Positions 1 to 8,841 of a stretch of 64,000 bases of DNA are shown piece after piece. The stretch's first letter is position 1. Each line of letters opens with the position of its first letter. The notes under the pieces were generated by a model. The model was not told where the DNA came from. It saw nothing but the letters and a program-made list of their open reading frames with translations, and made no database searches. The stretch is from an uncultured bacterium (GTDB taxonomy: Bacteria > Patescibacteriota > Saccharimonadia > UBA4664 > SCTI01), in NCBI GenBank assembly GCA_963721685.1, contig CAVRJJ010000005.1, positions 39,943 through 103,942 of the forward strand, written 5' to 3'. The position numbers and the translations under genes are program-made.

Positions 1-183
1 ATTTCACTAAAGGACGCCAGAATATGATGATCTCCGGTAATGTCGAGGAAGGTTGGCCCCACTAAAAAGCCGGTTATGATGTAACCAATTATCATAGGCT
101 GCTTGAGTGCCTTGAAAATCAAGGACACGACCGCGGCCAACACCATAATGCTACTGAGCTGATAAAACAGCGACTGTTCCATT
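1..183 (-). CDS. Cation:proton antiporter (CPA2/Kef-like), N-terminal fragment; gene runs off window start
   Basis: Minus-strand translation from ATG at 181-183 gives MEQSLFYQLSSIMVLAAVVSLIFKALKQPMIIGYIITGFLVGP, typical antiporter TM1/TM2. Confidence 0.5.
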
Positions 184-243
184 TAAATTCCGCTTATGGT
201 TGTAGTATGACATAGAGCGGGTTAAATGATCTACACCTAGGGA

Positions 244-1275
244 TCAAGAAAGCCGAGGTAATTTGGTTTTTCCAGTGTTAACAATCAGTATTTTGGCATT
301 TTTGGGAACCTGGTTGGCCATTTGCAGCAACAAGGCTAATCCGGCGATTCCGGAGTGTTCCGCCTTAACCTTTTGGGCCCGGGCAAGGCGCATAGCCTCT
401 ATTAAAAACGGCTCTTTCACAACATACACGTCGCTTTCTTGCCCGCATGACTGGGCTATCCGATAATTACGAATCCATTGCTCGTTAAAGTGGGCAAATG
501 GTAGATGATGCGAATACAGCTTGTCGGCTTTTGAGTGGGCAAAGTTGGTAGTAGCGCCCATAAAGTTACACTGGCGCAAGACTTTAACATCACCGCTAAA
601 CCGGGGGTCGTGCTTGGTTGCCGAAATCTCAATGGCATTAATATTTACAATGTTCTCAAACAGCTGCCCCGACCCAAAAGGGATAAAACAGAAGTCGGGA
701 GAGCTGTTAATAAGCTCATAACTCAACCAATCGTAAAACCGGGTGGTTGGCCCTAAGGCTTCGTCGGAAGTGATATCAACACCGTCTTGATTGTGGGTTA
801 AAGCTAAAATCTCGCCCCAGCTTAACGCCGCCCGCGACAAGTCGGCGGTGTATACCTCGCAGCCGATTTTTTCCAGCCCAGCGATTATTTTTTGGTTAAT
901 ATTAAAGTCCAGCAGCACCTTTAGGTTGGGCAAGTTATATGTGCGCAACATAGTTTGAACGGCCACGGCCGCCGTGCCTGAAGAAATAATCGACATCTGG
1001 GGCAGGTCGCCCTTTAACTTGCCGCGGCGCTTAGCTTGCAGATACTTGCGGTAGGTTACGACAATTTCCCATGCCATGCGGTCCTTGTGCGTTCCGGTTG
1101 GGTTATAGCTCTCATCTTTCAGCCAGACGTTGGAAAACCACGGGACTTTTATCTGGTACGTCGGGGTGGCGGGAAATTTAGGTTTGCCCGGCGGAAACTC
1201 AGGTTTTTCCGGATCGTTTTCCGATGCTACGACGATGGATTGAAGAATTTCCGCTTCAAGCTCCGAGAGTGCCAC
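244..1275 (-). CDS. PLP-dependent enzyme, fold-type II (threonine-synthase/cysteine-synthase-like)
   Basis: 343 aa ORF; lysine motif YNPTGTHKDRMA resembles the PLP-binding site of fold-type II enzymes. Confidence 0.55.
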   Translation of the reverse strand: MALSELEAEILQSIVVASENDPEKPEFPPGKPKFPATPTYQIKVPWFSNVWLKDESYNPTGTHKDRMAWEIVVTYRKYLQAKRRGKLKGDLPQMSIISSGTAAVAVQTMLRTYNLPNLKVLLDFNINQKIIAGLEKIGCEVYTADLSRAALSWGEILALTHNQDGVDITSDEALGPTTRFYDWLSYELINSSPDFCFIPFGSGQLFENIVNINAIEISATKHDPRFSGDVKVLRQCNFMGATTNFAHSKADKLYSHHLPFAHFNEQWIRNYRIAQSCGQESDVYVVKEPFLIEAMRLARAQKVKAEHSGIAGLALLLQMANQVPKNAKILIVNTGKTKLPRLS

Positions 1276-1477
1276 AATAACGATCCCGTTCCGTTAGTGC
1301 TTTTTATTATAACCAAATGGCTCTAGAATGCTAAAATTTATTGTTGACGGCAAATAATAGGAATGAAAAAGACCTCTTGGCCAAATTCAAGAAAGCCAAA
1401 AGGCCTTAAGGGCAGGCGCAAAAAGCGCGTACTTCCCCGCCGAACGCGGGACTGCCCTCGGCTTTACTGGGCACAGC

Positions 1478-1816
1478 TTAGGAAGTGGCATTGTCACCCC
1501 CCGTTGTTCCGAGAGGACGTGCCGGTGATTCCCGATAACAGCGCAGGACAAACTCGGTGGTTACCTCCCATTGATCTTCAGAAACCCGAACCAGAAAACC
1601 CTGCCAGTTGAGCCCGTGGAGGTGGAACGGATGATGGTTGAAAGTGAGGCAATATGCCTCAAGCTCTTCGAGGGGGAAGGGTTCCCATCCTTTTCCGCGA
1701 TCCTGGCAGAACTTGATAATCCACCAAGCGGAAATGTCGCGCAAGGAGTTGTCGAATACCCCCATCAGCTGCTTTGTAACGTCGATATCGGAAGGACTTG
1801 GATGTTCCGGATGCAT
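1478..1816 (-). CDS. Hypothetical protein
   Basis: 112 aa ORF with protein-like composition in an otherwise unassigned gap; overlapping plus-strand ORFs are K/R-rich low-complexity. Confidence 0.25.
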   Translation of the reverse strand: MHPEHPSPSDIDVTKQLMGVFDNSLRDISAWWIIKFCQDRGKGWEPFPLEELEAYCLTFNHHPFHLHGLNWQGFLVRVSEDQWEVTTEFVLRCYRESPARPLGTTGGDNATS

Positions 1817-2249
1817 GCTCCCAACTTTCTTGAGACGTGAATGAAAGATTGCAGAACAATCGCATACAATATCATAATATTTTGATAATTACTAGCCCCT
1901 CCACATGACGAACCCGCCACAAGCGGGCCGGTTTTAGAAAACCGTTTCGTTGGAAACCAGGTCCAAGCCCCGCTCGAAGACCCGAAACTAATTGCAAAGA
2001 TGCTTACGTCTATCCCGACGAACTAAACAAACAACTAAGCAACTAAGACAGGTGCAATCGCCGTTACCAAAAATGCCACCACTATTAAGACTATCGCGAT
2101 TTTTTTAACCATATTATCCTGCTAACGCTTATATGCTCATTGTTGCACCTAATACAAGAGGGTTCAAGCATATTGCATCATGACAAGTCCCGACGGAAGC
2201 TGTGTGGCAGCGCAAACTCCGTGGTCATGGTTCCTCCCTTGGTTAAGCC

Positions 2250-2978
2250 TTATAGCTTCAAACGTTCATCCAAATGCATGATCGGGTCGTACCAACCTTG
2301 ATCCAGTATGAAAGTTTGTAGCTGGCGGTCGAGACCGAAGGTTATCGCGATGCCCACGATTATCATCAGGACACCCAATCCCCGCATAAACCAGCCGTCC
2401 GGGTTGCTTGCGAGAGCCAGTTTGCGGATAAACGCCTGGCCGGCAATAGTTATCAGGAGCAGCATTAAAGCAAGTCCCAAAGCGTATGCTGCCAAGTAAA
2501 CGAGGCCTTGTGTAAATGATTGCGGCAATACGGCTGCGACAATCAAAGCATAGGTTGGGCTGCAGCTGCTAAAGACCGGCCCCAAAGCCGCCCCTATCAA
2601 GACATCTTGGAGCAGCCCCTTTTTCGCATAAGACTTTGTTAGCAATGAATCAGAGCGCAGATTTAATTTGGTTGTCACCATGACCCGCATCCACAGCTGT
2701 GGAAATAACAAGTTTAGGCCGAACAGGATGACGATAATACCGGACAGCAAGCTTAAGGCCCAAAACGGTACGCCCAGTAAAGCAGTCGTGGCTTTGAGCA
2801 GTAACGTAAATAATACAATCGAGGCAGCAAGGCTGCCGGTAATGACTAAGGGGCGGTACCACTTACGTTCGTCTGAGACCGCAATCGATCCACCCACTAT
2901 TACCGGCAGGAGGGGTAGGATGCAGGGAGCCAGCACCGTTAGTGCACCTGCAAGAAAGGCTGCAATTAACAGAGTCAT
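2250..2978 (-). CDS. ccdA: Cytochrome c-type biogenesis / thiol-disulfide transporter CcdA (DsbD family)
   Basis: Polytopic membrane protein; LAPCILPLLPV in TM1 and second conserved Cys (SSCSPTYAL); 4-bp overlap with thioredoxin gene. Confidence 0.8.
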   Translation of the reverse strand: MTLLIAAFLAGALTVLAPCILPLLPVIVGGSIAVSDERKWYRPLVITGSLAASIVLFTLLLKATTALLGVPFWALSLLSGIIVILFGLNLLFPQLWMRVMVTTKLNLRSDSLLTKSYAKKGLLQDVLIGAALGPVFSSCSPTYALIVAAVLPQSFTQGLVYLAAYALGLALMLLLITIAGQAFIRKLALASNPDGWFMRGLGVLMIIVGIAITFGLDRQLQTFILDQGWYDPIMHLDERLKL

Positions 2979-3454
2979 TCCAGCAAGTTGGCAGCTACGT
3001 TGGCCAGTGTCGGCTTATCATAGGCCACATATTTTTTTGCAAGGTTGCCCTGGTTGTCTAATTTTATTAAAGTGGTTTGAATGGTGACACCGTATTTTTT
3101 GCGTAAGTCTTGACTGCTATCATAATCGACTTTAAAAATCGTAACGCCGTCGGGCACTCCACTAGCCTTAATGTCGTTCTCTAGTTTGCGGCATTGGGGG
3201 CACCACGGTGCATGGAAAAATAAGATGCTCGTGCCTGCCGTAGCGGCTACTTTGTCCGCGGAATATGCTTCATACGCACCAGGCTGAGTCTGAGGGCTTG
3301 ATTCCGTCCTTGCCGGTGGTTGCGGCATAGAAGCGGTTTTCTTGGTAGTTTGGGTCGGCAGCGCGTTGTCCTTGGCTGGCTTGAAGCCCGCGTAAACAGC
3401 CGCGCTAACTATACAGACAATTGCTGCAACCGCGATAAATGTAAGCTTATTCAT
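2975..3454 (-). CDS. Secreted thioredoxin-like protein (TlpA/ResA-like)
   Basis: N-terminal signal/TM; WCPQC active site (FFHAPWCPQCRKL); P/Q-rich linker. Confidence 0.8.
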   Translation of the reverse strand: MNKLTFIAVAAIVCIVSAAVYAGFKPAKDNALPTQTTKKTASMPQPPARTESSPQTQPGAYEAYSADKVAATAGTSILFFHAPWCPQCRKLENDIKASGVPDGVTIFKVDYDSSQDLRKKYGVTIQTTLIKLDNQGNLAKKYVAYDKPTLANVAANLLE

Positions 3455-3626
3455 GCTTAAATGATAACAGATCAGATTTTCACGGTATTGAAGTTACTAC
3501 TCGGAAAAACCTAAACTAAGACGGGCGCAGTCGCCGTTAAAAAAGCTAGCAAATGATTTCAGGCTTGCACGAAAGGGCCTGGGGCCGGCACCGGAATAAC
3601 TTCCGATGCCGACGCGCTAGCGAGTA

Positions 3627-5423
3627 TTAATCTACCAGGCCTTCTAGCTGCCTCAACCGGGTGTAAAGCCCGTTTTGGCGTTGCAACTGTTCGTGGGTGC
3701 CGATCTCCTCGATCCGCCCTTGCTTCAAAACAATTACCACATCAGCCTTGGCAATCGTTGAAAAGCGGTGGGCAATTACCAGCACGGTCGATTGGCGGCT
3801 GGCCGTGAGCTGCTCCAGCTGCCGACTGATCAGCAGTTGGCTTTCCGGATCCAAGCTCGACGTAGGCTCATCCAATACCAGAATTGGCGGCTTGCGCAGC
3901 AGGGCTCGCGCGATAGCTACCCGTTGCCGCTGTCCGCCTGAAAGCACAATCCCCCGTTCCCCTACAATGGTCTCGTAAGAGTGAGGGAGCTGCTCGATAA
4001 ACGTAGCAGCATCGGCCTTCCGAGCGGCTTCTTCAATCTGTTCAGATGTCGCACCTGGCTGAACCATGCCGATATTGGCTTTGACTGAGCGGTCGAACAA
4101 GCCGGGCTCCTGAGGAACAGTACCGAGCATAATGCGGCGGTACCGCTTGTCATCGATTTCACGCAAGTCGACTCCATCCACCAGAATACGGCCCTTGGTA
4201 GGGTCATACTGGTGAAGCAGCAGCCTCGCGAGCGTTGACTTACCTCCGCCCGATTCACCAACCAGCGCAACCGTAGTGCCCGGCTCGATGGTTAGATTGA
4301 TGTCGTGAAGAGCTGTTTTCTTGGCTCCAGGATAGCGAAAGCTCACCCCTTCTACCTGAATCCGCCCCTCAACATGCTTGGGCCACTTGGGACGGGAAGG
4401 AGGCTTAATACTTGCCTCCGTCTCGAACAACTGCACCAGTTCTTTCAGCGCTTCCAATCCTTCGTTCAAGATGTATTGGAAGGCACCATAGCGCCAGATG
4501 TTACCGTAGATGCGTTGCATCCAGGCATTGGCCAAGACGACATTACCGATGCTTACGCCGCTTTTCCAGGCAAAGTAAGAAGCCAGGATGAAGCTGGCCT
4601 GCGACAACACGATCAATTGATCTTGCTGCCACACATAGTGCCGGAATTTGGCATGGCGCGGTGTTTCGGTTTCCCAGTGCTCGGTCAGCAAGCGGTCGTG
4701 CGCAGAACTTAAGTCGTCCTCAAGCCCCTGCTCTTTAATGACCATAGCTGCCGAAGCAAGCTCGGAATCACTTTGTTCGATCCGCTTAGTGTAGCTACGA
4801 AATTCCTTCCGTAGCGGGCTCACTTTTCTTTCGGTTCGAAGCGCCGCCAGCAGGTAGGTTGCGATTGTCAGTACCGCCAATACTCCGTAGAGCCAGCCGA
4901 TAAAGAAAATCCCGATAGCGACGAAGACCAATCGAAAGGTCATCGGCACAATGTCATAGACGAAGTTGTCGAGCATGTAATCGACCTTCTTGTGGTTCTT
5001 TGACAAGGTCGACTCCTTCCGCCCGGTGGAGTTGGCAACATGCCAATCGGCCCCCAATGCGAGCTGCTTGCGAGTTCCATGCCCGTTCAGGATGATGTAG
5101 AACAGCCACATCGTGCTATTGCGAACAACATCCATCCGGTACTGCGCCAGGTTGGCAAACGTAAATATTACAATTGCCAAGATGACGGTGGCTCCAATGA
5201 AGTTTGTACGGTCAAGCCCGAAGATGAAATGCGCTTCGGCGGGCGCCGAAAGGGCATCGATCAACAGCTTAATCGGATAAACTTCAATGAGCATGAGCAA
5301 CTCAGCTACCACCAGCCAGAAAAGTGACTTCCAGGCCAGCGGTCGAAATTGACCCAACTTAGCACGGCTAACGGGGTCTTTTCGAAGCGATCGCCACAAC
5401 CTGCGAAGAATATCCAGATTCAT
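3627..5423 (-). CDS. ABC transporter, fused permease/ATP-binding protein (exporter type)
   Basis: Walker A GESGGGKST, signature LSGGQRQRVAIARAL, Walker B ILVLDEPTS; N-terminal TM domain. Confidence 0.9.
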   Translation of the reverse strand: MNLDILRRLWRSLRKDPVSRAKLGQFRPLAWKSLFWLVVAELLMLIEVYPIKLLIDALSAPAEAHFIFGLDRTNFIGATVILAIVIFTFANLAQYRMDVVRNSTMWLFYIILNGHGTRKQLALGADWHVANSTGRKESTLSKNHKKVDYMLDNFVYDIVPMTFRLVFVAIGIFFIGWLYGVLAVLTIATYLLAALRTERKVSPLRKEFRSYTKRIEQSDSELASAAMVIKEQGLEDDLSSAHDRLLTEHWETETPRHAKFRHYVWQQDQLIVLSQASFILASYFAWKSGVSIGNVVLANAWMQRIYGNIWRYGAFQYILNEGLEALKELVQLFETEASIKPPSRPKWPKHVEGRIQVEGVSFRYPGAKKTALHDINLTIEPGTTVALVGESGGGKSTLARLLLHQYDPTKGRILVDGVDLREIDDKRYRRIMLGTVPQEPGLFDRSVKANIGMVQPGATSEQIEEAARKADAATFIEQLPHSYETIVGERGIVLSGGQRQRVAIARALLRKPPILVLDEPTSSLDPESQLLISRQLEQLTASRQSTVLVIAHRFSTIAKADVVIVLKQGRIEEIGTHEQLQRQNGLYTRLRQLEGLVD

Positions 5424-5810
5424 GAGAATCTCCTTTCCGTGGTTAGTTAGACCCGTCTAGCGCAGTGCCTTGGGCAGAAAATGCCGAAAGCACTGAACTA
5501 GATAGGTCTTAATCTGGATAAAACGCATTTGTAACGTAATAAATGAAATTTGAATGATGTTAAAGAGCTGTTAGAAACTAAAAAAGCTTGGCGTCGGTGC
5601 CAAGCTTCCTGCTAACAGCTCAAAAAGATCATGCTAACTTCAACTAATGCACCTTGCCTTGCGCGCGGCAACCGCGCCCGCTGCGTTGGTTACGCAGAAG
5701 GTCGTACCGGTAGTATTTGGTTGGTTAAAAATTATTAACATAGTGGTACAAGTCTATAACATAAGAGCAATTATTGTCAAATTTAGCCGGTGCTAGTGCC
5801 ATATGGGGAG

Positions 5811-6419
5811 CTACTTACTGGCACTCACTTCAGCAGGCTCAGGTGCATTGTTGTATGAATCTAGTGACTTTAGAAACACTCCTCTCTCAATGGGATCAGG
5901 GATTAAATTTTCGATGCTTCTAAGCACATCCTCCTTAAGCGTAACTTGGTCATTCCTGTTCCAGGATTCTGGCCTATCGACTAAGATTTTTCCCTCCGGA
6001 TGTGGGGCATTAGAATCCAAATTTGGAAAGGCAGTTAACCTCGATGCAGGCACCATAACGATATCGGAGTTAGCTACGTCCTCTACCTCAGTGGATACTG
6101 CAGGATTTACTATTCCGGTAGGCATATCCGATTCTTGAAAAAATCCATCCTCAAATGCTTTTTTACGCCTTTCAGCTTCGACGCTCGTAATGTCCACTAT
6201 GCGTCCGGAAGTCCTATCTACATGCAAAATAATAGGATATGAAAAACACTTCTTATTATCAACTATTCCCAAGAAAGCTAAGACATTGTCAACGACGGAT
6301 TTAACTTTTGAAGCTAATATTTCAGAATTATGGTTAAGCGCATCAGCGACCTCCTGCCCTCCGGAAAAAGTCGCTTCTGTGTGCTCATTATTTGGATCTT
6401 GTGTTTCGGCCATATGCAC
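5811..6419 (-). CDS. Hypothetical acidic protein (accessory region)
   Basis: 202 aa ORF in A+T-richer segment; no recognisable motifs. Confidence 0.3.
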   Translation of the reverse strand: MHMAETQDPNNEHTEATFSGGQEVADALNHNSEILASKVKSVVDNVLAFLGIVDNKKCFSYPIILHVDRTSGRIVDITSVEAERRKKAFEDGFFQESDMPTGIVNPAVSTEVEDVANSDIVMVPASRLTAFPNLDSNAPHPEGKILVDRPESWNRNDQVTLKEDVLRSIENLIPDPIERGVFLKSLDSYNNAPEPAEVSASK

Positions 6420-6501
6420 TGACTCAATAATATCAACATACTAACATAGGCTTGTTAGGTAGCACCTTATTATACTTTTGACGGAAGAGGCCATATGTAA
6501 T

Positions 6502-6640
6502 TTTTCATGGTGGGAGCTTACTGGCGATTTCGAACTTACTGCTGAAAAGTAAGAGGCCCCATGGCCTCACTTTCATGAAAGCCAAAGGGCCTTTTTGGGC
6601 AGTGCAGCATCATCGATGTGCTTACTCGCAGTATGCGAGC
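6502..6640. repeat. tRNA-3'-end-like repeat (R-a type) plus about 100-nt tail; copy 0
   Basis: ttttcatggtgggagcttactggcgatttcgaac matches copies at 7241 and 8224 and resembles the plus-strand image of the tRNA-Asp 3' end (ttttcatggcggg...ttcgaac). Confidence 0.6.
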
Positions 6641-6663
6641 CTGCCCTTCTTCTGCTTGTCGTC

Positions 6664-7017
6664 CTAGGCGGTGAATCGCCGCTGAACCACGAACACGATG
6701 CGCTGCCTCTTGGGGTCAGCGCTCGATCCAACGATGGTCCCGCCACAATGGGCTCCTAGCCAATTGGTGGCGATTTCCTCCGCCTCGGAGATGGATCCGA
6801 CGCCGATGCCCACCCTGCCGAGTACCTCGGCGTCATTGATGTTGACGATCGCGGCGGCGTTGTTGTAAGCCATGGCCGTCCATAGGCCAGGACCTCCCTG
6901 GAAGAAGACCATAATGGTCGCGATTCCTCTCCCATCGAAGTGATCTTCAGGAATGGTGACCGGTCCCTGATGCCTGACCCTGTCCGAGCCATCAAAGCAG
7001 AGAGCAGTAGATGTCAT
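6664..7017 (-). CDS. Hypothetical protein in G+C-rich segment (possible foreign gene fragment)
   Basis: 117 aa ORF; local G+C visibly higher than neighbours. Confidence 0.25.
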   Translation of the reverse strand: MTSTALCFDGSDRVRHQGPVTIPEDHFDGRGIATIMVFFQGGPGLWTAMAYNNAAAIVNINDAEVLGRVGIGVGSISEAEEIATNWLGAHCGGTIVGSSADPKRQRIVFVVQRRFTA

Positions 7018-7110
7018 TTTGACTCCAGCAGATTTTTGTCATGCCAGGACTTTGCGGTTTTGATATCTGTGGCTATATATTATAGCATAATCTAATGAAT
7101 AAGTCCAGAT

Positions 7111-7340
7111 GGCGGGCCCGACCGGATTGTGTCTTCGCCACCTCCGCTCGCCTATCGGCTCGACTACAACGAACCGCGGTTTCGAATCTGAGCTAAAGCT
7201 CAGCATGAAACAAAAGCACCACCTGATGATAGCGCACTTGTTTTCATGGCGGGAGCTTACTGACGATTTTCGAACTTTGAGAACAATAAATGCGTAGAGC
7301 AACGTAAGAGCCCCATCGGCTTTCGCTAATGGGGCAGTTC
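7111..7340. repeat. Composite repeat unit copy 1: tRNA-Asp 3'-end duplicate (7111-7128), internal 11-12 bp inverted repeat (7204-7248), R-a segment (7241-7275), hairpin tail
   Basis: ggcgggcccgaccggatt is identical to the last 18 nt of tRNA-Asp; unit matches 8092-8258 with point differences. Confidence 0.65.
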
Positions 7341-7932
7341 TGGGCAGTTGTGGTGAGAGCGGCTGTGAACCGCACTGCTTGGCGAGCCGCCGTACCGGTT
7401 GAACCCTCTACGACTGGCGGTAGCGCCTCTTCCTTCTTGTGAGGGGCATGGGCCTCGTACCTCGCGAGAACGCCATCCGCAGTGCATGTCGACGTCCGAG
7501 AAGAGCGAAGTTGCCGCCTCGAGATGGCCATCTCCGATAGCTCCGAAGGCGAGCAGCTCGTCGGGGCAAATCGACTTCCGCGCCAGTGACGACAATGAGC
7601 CTGATGTTCGTAGGCATGAACCCCGAAACCAGCGTGGGGATTGTAGAGAGGCTTCCTGGTCACGACGGTCAGGGCAACCTGTCGGCTCCCCCATCTTCTT
7701 CCAGACCTTGGGGTCGGTGAAGTTGAGGACGAAGCCCCGGTAGAGGGAGCGCTGCACGCCCTCGGTGGAGCGTAAGCCGAGGCCAAACGCCCACCCTCCG
7801 AGCTCCTGATGATGGGTGAAGCACCTCCTCGCTCTTCTCGGGAATCCGGCCTTCGGTCTCCATGAGGGGCAGAATGCCTCTCGGGGGGTACAGCAGACCG
7901 CCCGCTAGGCCGATACCAATGAATATGTCCAA
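7326..7932. other. G+C-rich, non-coding-looking segment with overlapping junk ORFs; probable degraded horizontally acquired DNA
   Basis: All six frames give short Arg/Ser/Pro-rich ORFs; composition differs from flanks. Confidence 0.4.
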
Positions 7933-8091
7933 GCAGGGAACACGGCGTCTTCCTTTCCTCTCATGAGTAGGCGGAAATAGGTACTATATTTATAAAGTTA
8001 TTACAACCATGGGTGTAGGTGAATGTTAGACTAATCTATTCGGTTGGAGGTGTTTAAATGAATAGCTTTGCGGGGGGGTCATAAGTGCTAG

Positions 8092-8258
8092 GGCGGGCCC
8101 GACCGGATTGTGGCTAGCGCCACCTCCGCTCCCCTATCGGGTCGCTACAACGAACCGCGGTTTCGAATGACGAGCAAGCTCCCGCCATGAAAACAAAAGC
8201 ACCACCTGTGGGTGGCGCACTTGTTTTCATGGCGGGAGCTTATTAACGATTTTCGAAC
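8092..8258. repeat. Composite repeat unit copy 2: tRNA-Asp 3'-end duplicate (8092-8109) plus R-a segment (8224-8258)
   Basis: Same architecture as 7111-7275; ends exactly at stop codon of RelE-like gene. Confidence 0.65.
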
Positions 8259-8518
8259 TACCGGTACAGCTGATTATGTGTGCCCACAGCTACAAAATAA
8301 GCAATGTCATCACCTATAATTTTAAAATGTATGCGCAGGTCACCACCAGCGCTAATTGAACGAAAACCTGTCCATTCGCCAGTTAGCGCATGATTACGAA
8401 GTGATGGCTCTGTTGGTTCATCTAAAAACAGATCTATAATGTCTATAACTTTGTCTCGGCGCTTTTTAGGGAGCTTTGAAAACTGTTTATCAAAGGTTTT
8501 ATGGAATTCAGCGTTCAC
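8258..8518 (-). CDS. Type II toxin, RelE/ParE (YoeB/YafQ-like) mRNA interferase family
   Basis: 86 aa; C-terminal GDLRIHFKI...AYFVAVGTHNQLY typical of RelE fold; 4-bp overlap with upstream small ORF. Confidence 0.7.
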   Translation of the reverse strand: MNAEFHKTFDKQFSKLPKKRRDKVIDIIDLFLDEPTEPSLRNHALTGEWTGFRSISAGGDLRIHFKIIGDDIAYFVAVGTHNQLYR

Positions 8519-8703
8519 AGAGAGCGCAGGTGCGCGAGCGCTTCTGCTGTGGTTTTAGTCTTGGTGACATTGCGACCAGCTTTATAGTCTGCCTCGGCAT
8601 CACGCATAATATTTTCTAAGTACGGTGTAGGCTCAAGAGTAGGTGTTAGCACCACACGACCCTCATGCTCGTCCAATGAAAAAAGGCCACGACGCAAGGT
8701 CAT
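8515..8703 (-). CDS. Putative antitoxin of the RelE-like toxin
   Basis: 62 aa ORF immediately upstream, overlapping the toxin by 4 bp; starts 13 nt after tRNA-Asp 3' end. Confidence 0.5.
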   Translation of the reverse strand: MTLRRGLFSLDEHEGRVVLTPTLEPTPYLENIMRDAEADYKAGRNVTKTKTTAEALAHLRSL

Positions 8704-8715
8704 AACCTTTTTTCA

Positions 8716-8792
8716 TGGCGGGCCCGACCGGATTCGAACCGGCGATCTCCTCCGTGACAGGGAGGCATGTTAGGCCTCTACACCACGGGCCC
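8716..8792 (-). tRNA. tRNA-Asp (anticodon GTC)
   Basis: Minus strand GGGCCCGTGGTGTAGAGGCCTAACATGCCTCCCTGTCACGGAGGAGATCGCCGGTTCGAATCCGGTCGGGCCCGCCA folds as cloverleaf; 7-bp acceptor stem, anticodon loop CTGTCAC, TTCGAAT T-loop, encoded CCA. Confidence 0.85.
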
Positions 8793-8841
8793 GCGACCGG
8801 ATAATCGTAGCATTTTTAAGATAGAGATACAATGAGCCGGC

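Larger units (their letters stand above)
6502..8715. mobile_element. Decayed integrative-element remnant(s) inserted at the 3' end of tRNA-Asp; no integrase retained
   Basis: Tandem partial copies of tRNA 3' end (att-like), a toxin/antitoxin pair, compositionally foreign DNA, no housekeeping genes. Confidence 0.45.

Noticed and set aside
1363-1840. Plus-strand ORFs 1363..1611 and 1571..1840 as genes
   Set aside because: They are K/R-rich low-complexity translations that overlap each other and a minus-strand ORF. They have no motifs and are treated as non-coding or shadow frames.
7244-7932. ORFs 7244..7786, 7326..7757 and 7669..7932 as protein genes
   Set aside because: They overlap one another and are compositionally biased, with no motifs. 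The region is more likely degraded foreign DNA.
7111-8258. Additional tRNA genes at the repeat copies
   Set aside because: Only the last roughly 18-20 nt match tRNA-Asp. Upstream sequence cannot form D or anticodon arms, so these are att-like remnants or tRNA-like fragments, not tRNA genes.
5450-8715. Integrase gene for the tRNA-Asp island
   Set aside because: No recombinase-like ORF lies within the island. The only tyrosine recombinase in the window (23278..24219) is 14 kb away across housekeeping genes, so it is unlikely to belong to it.
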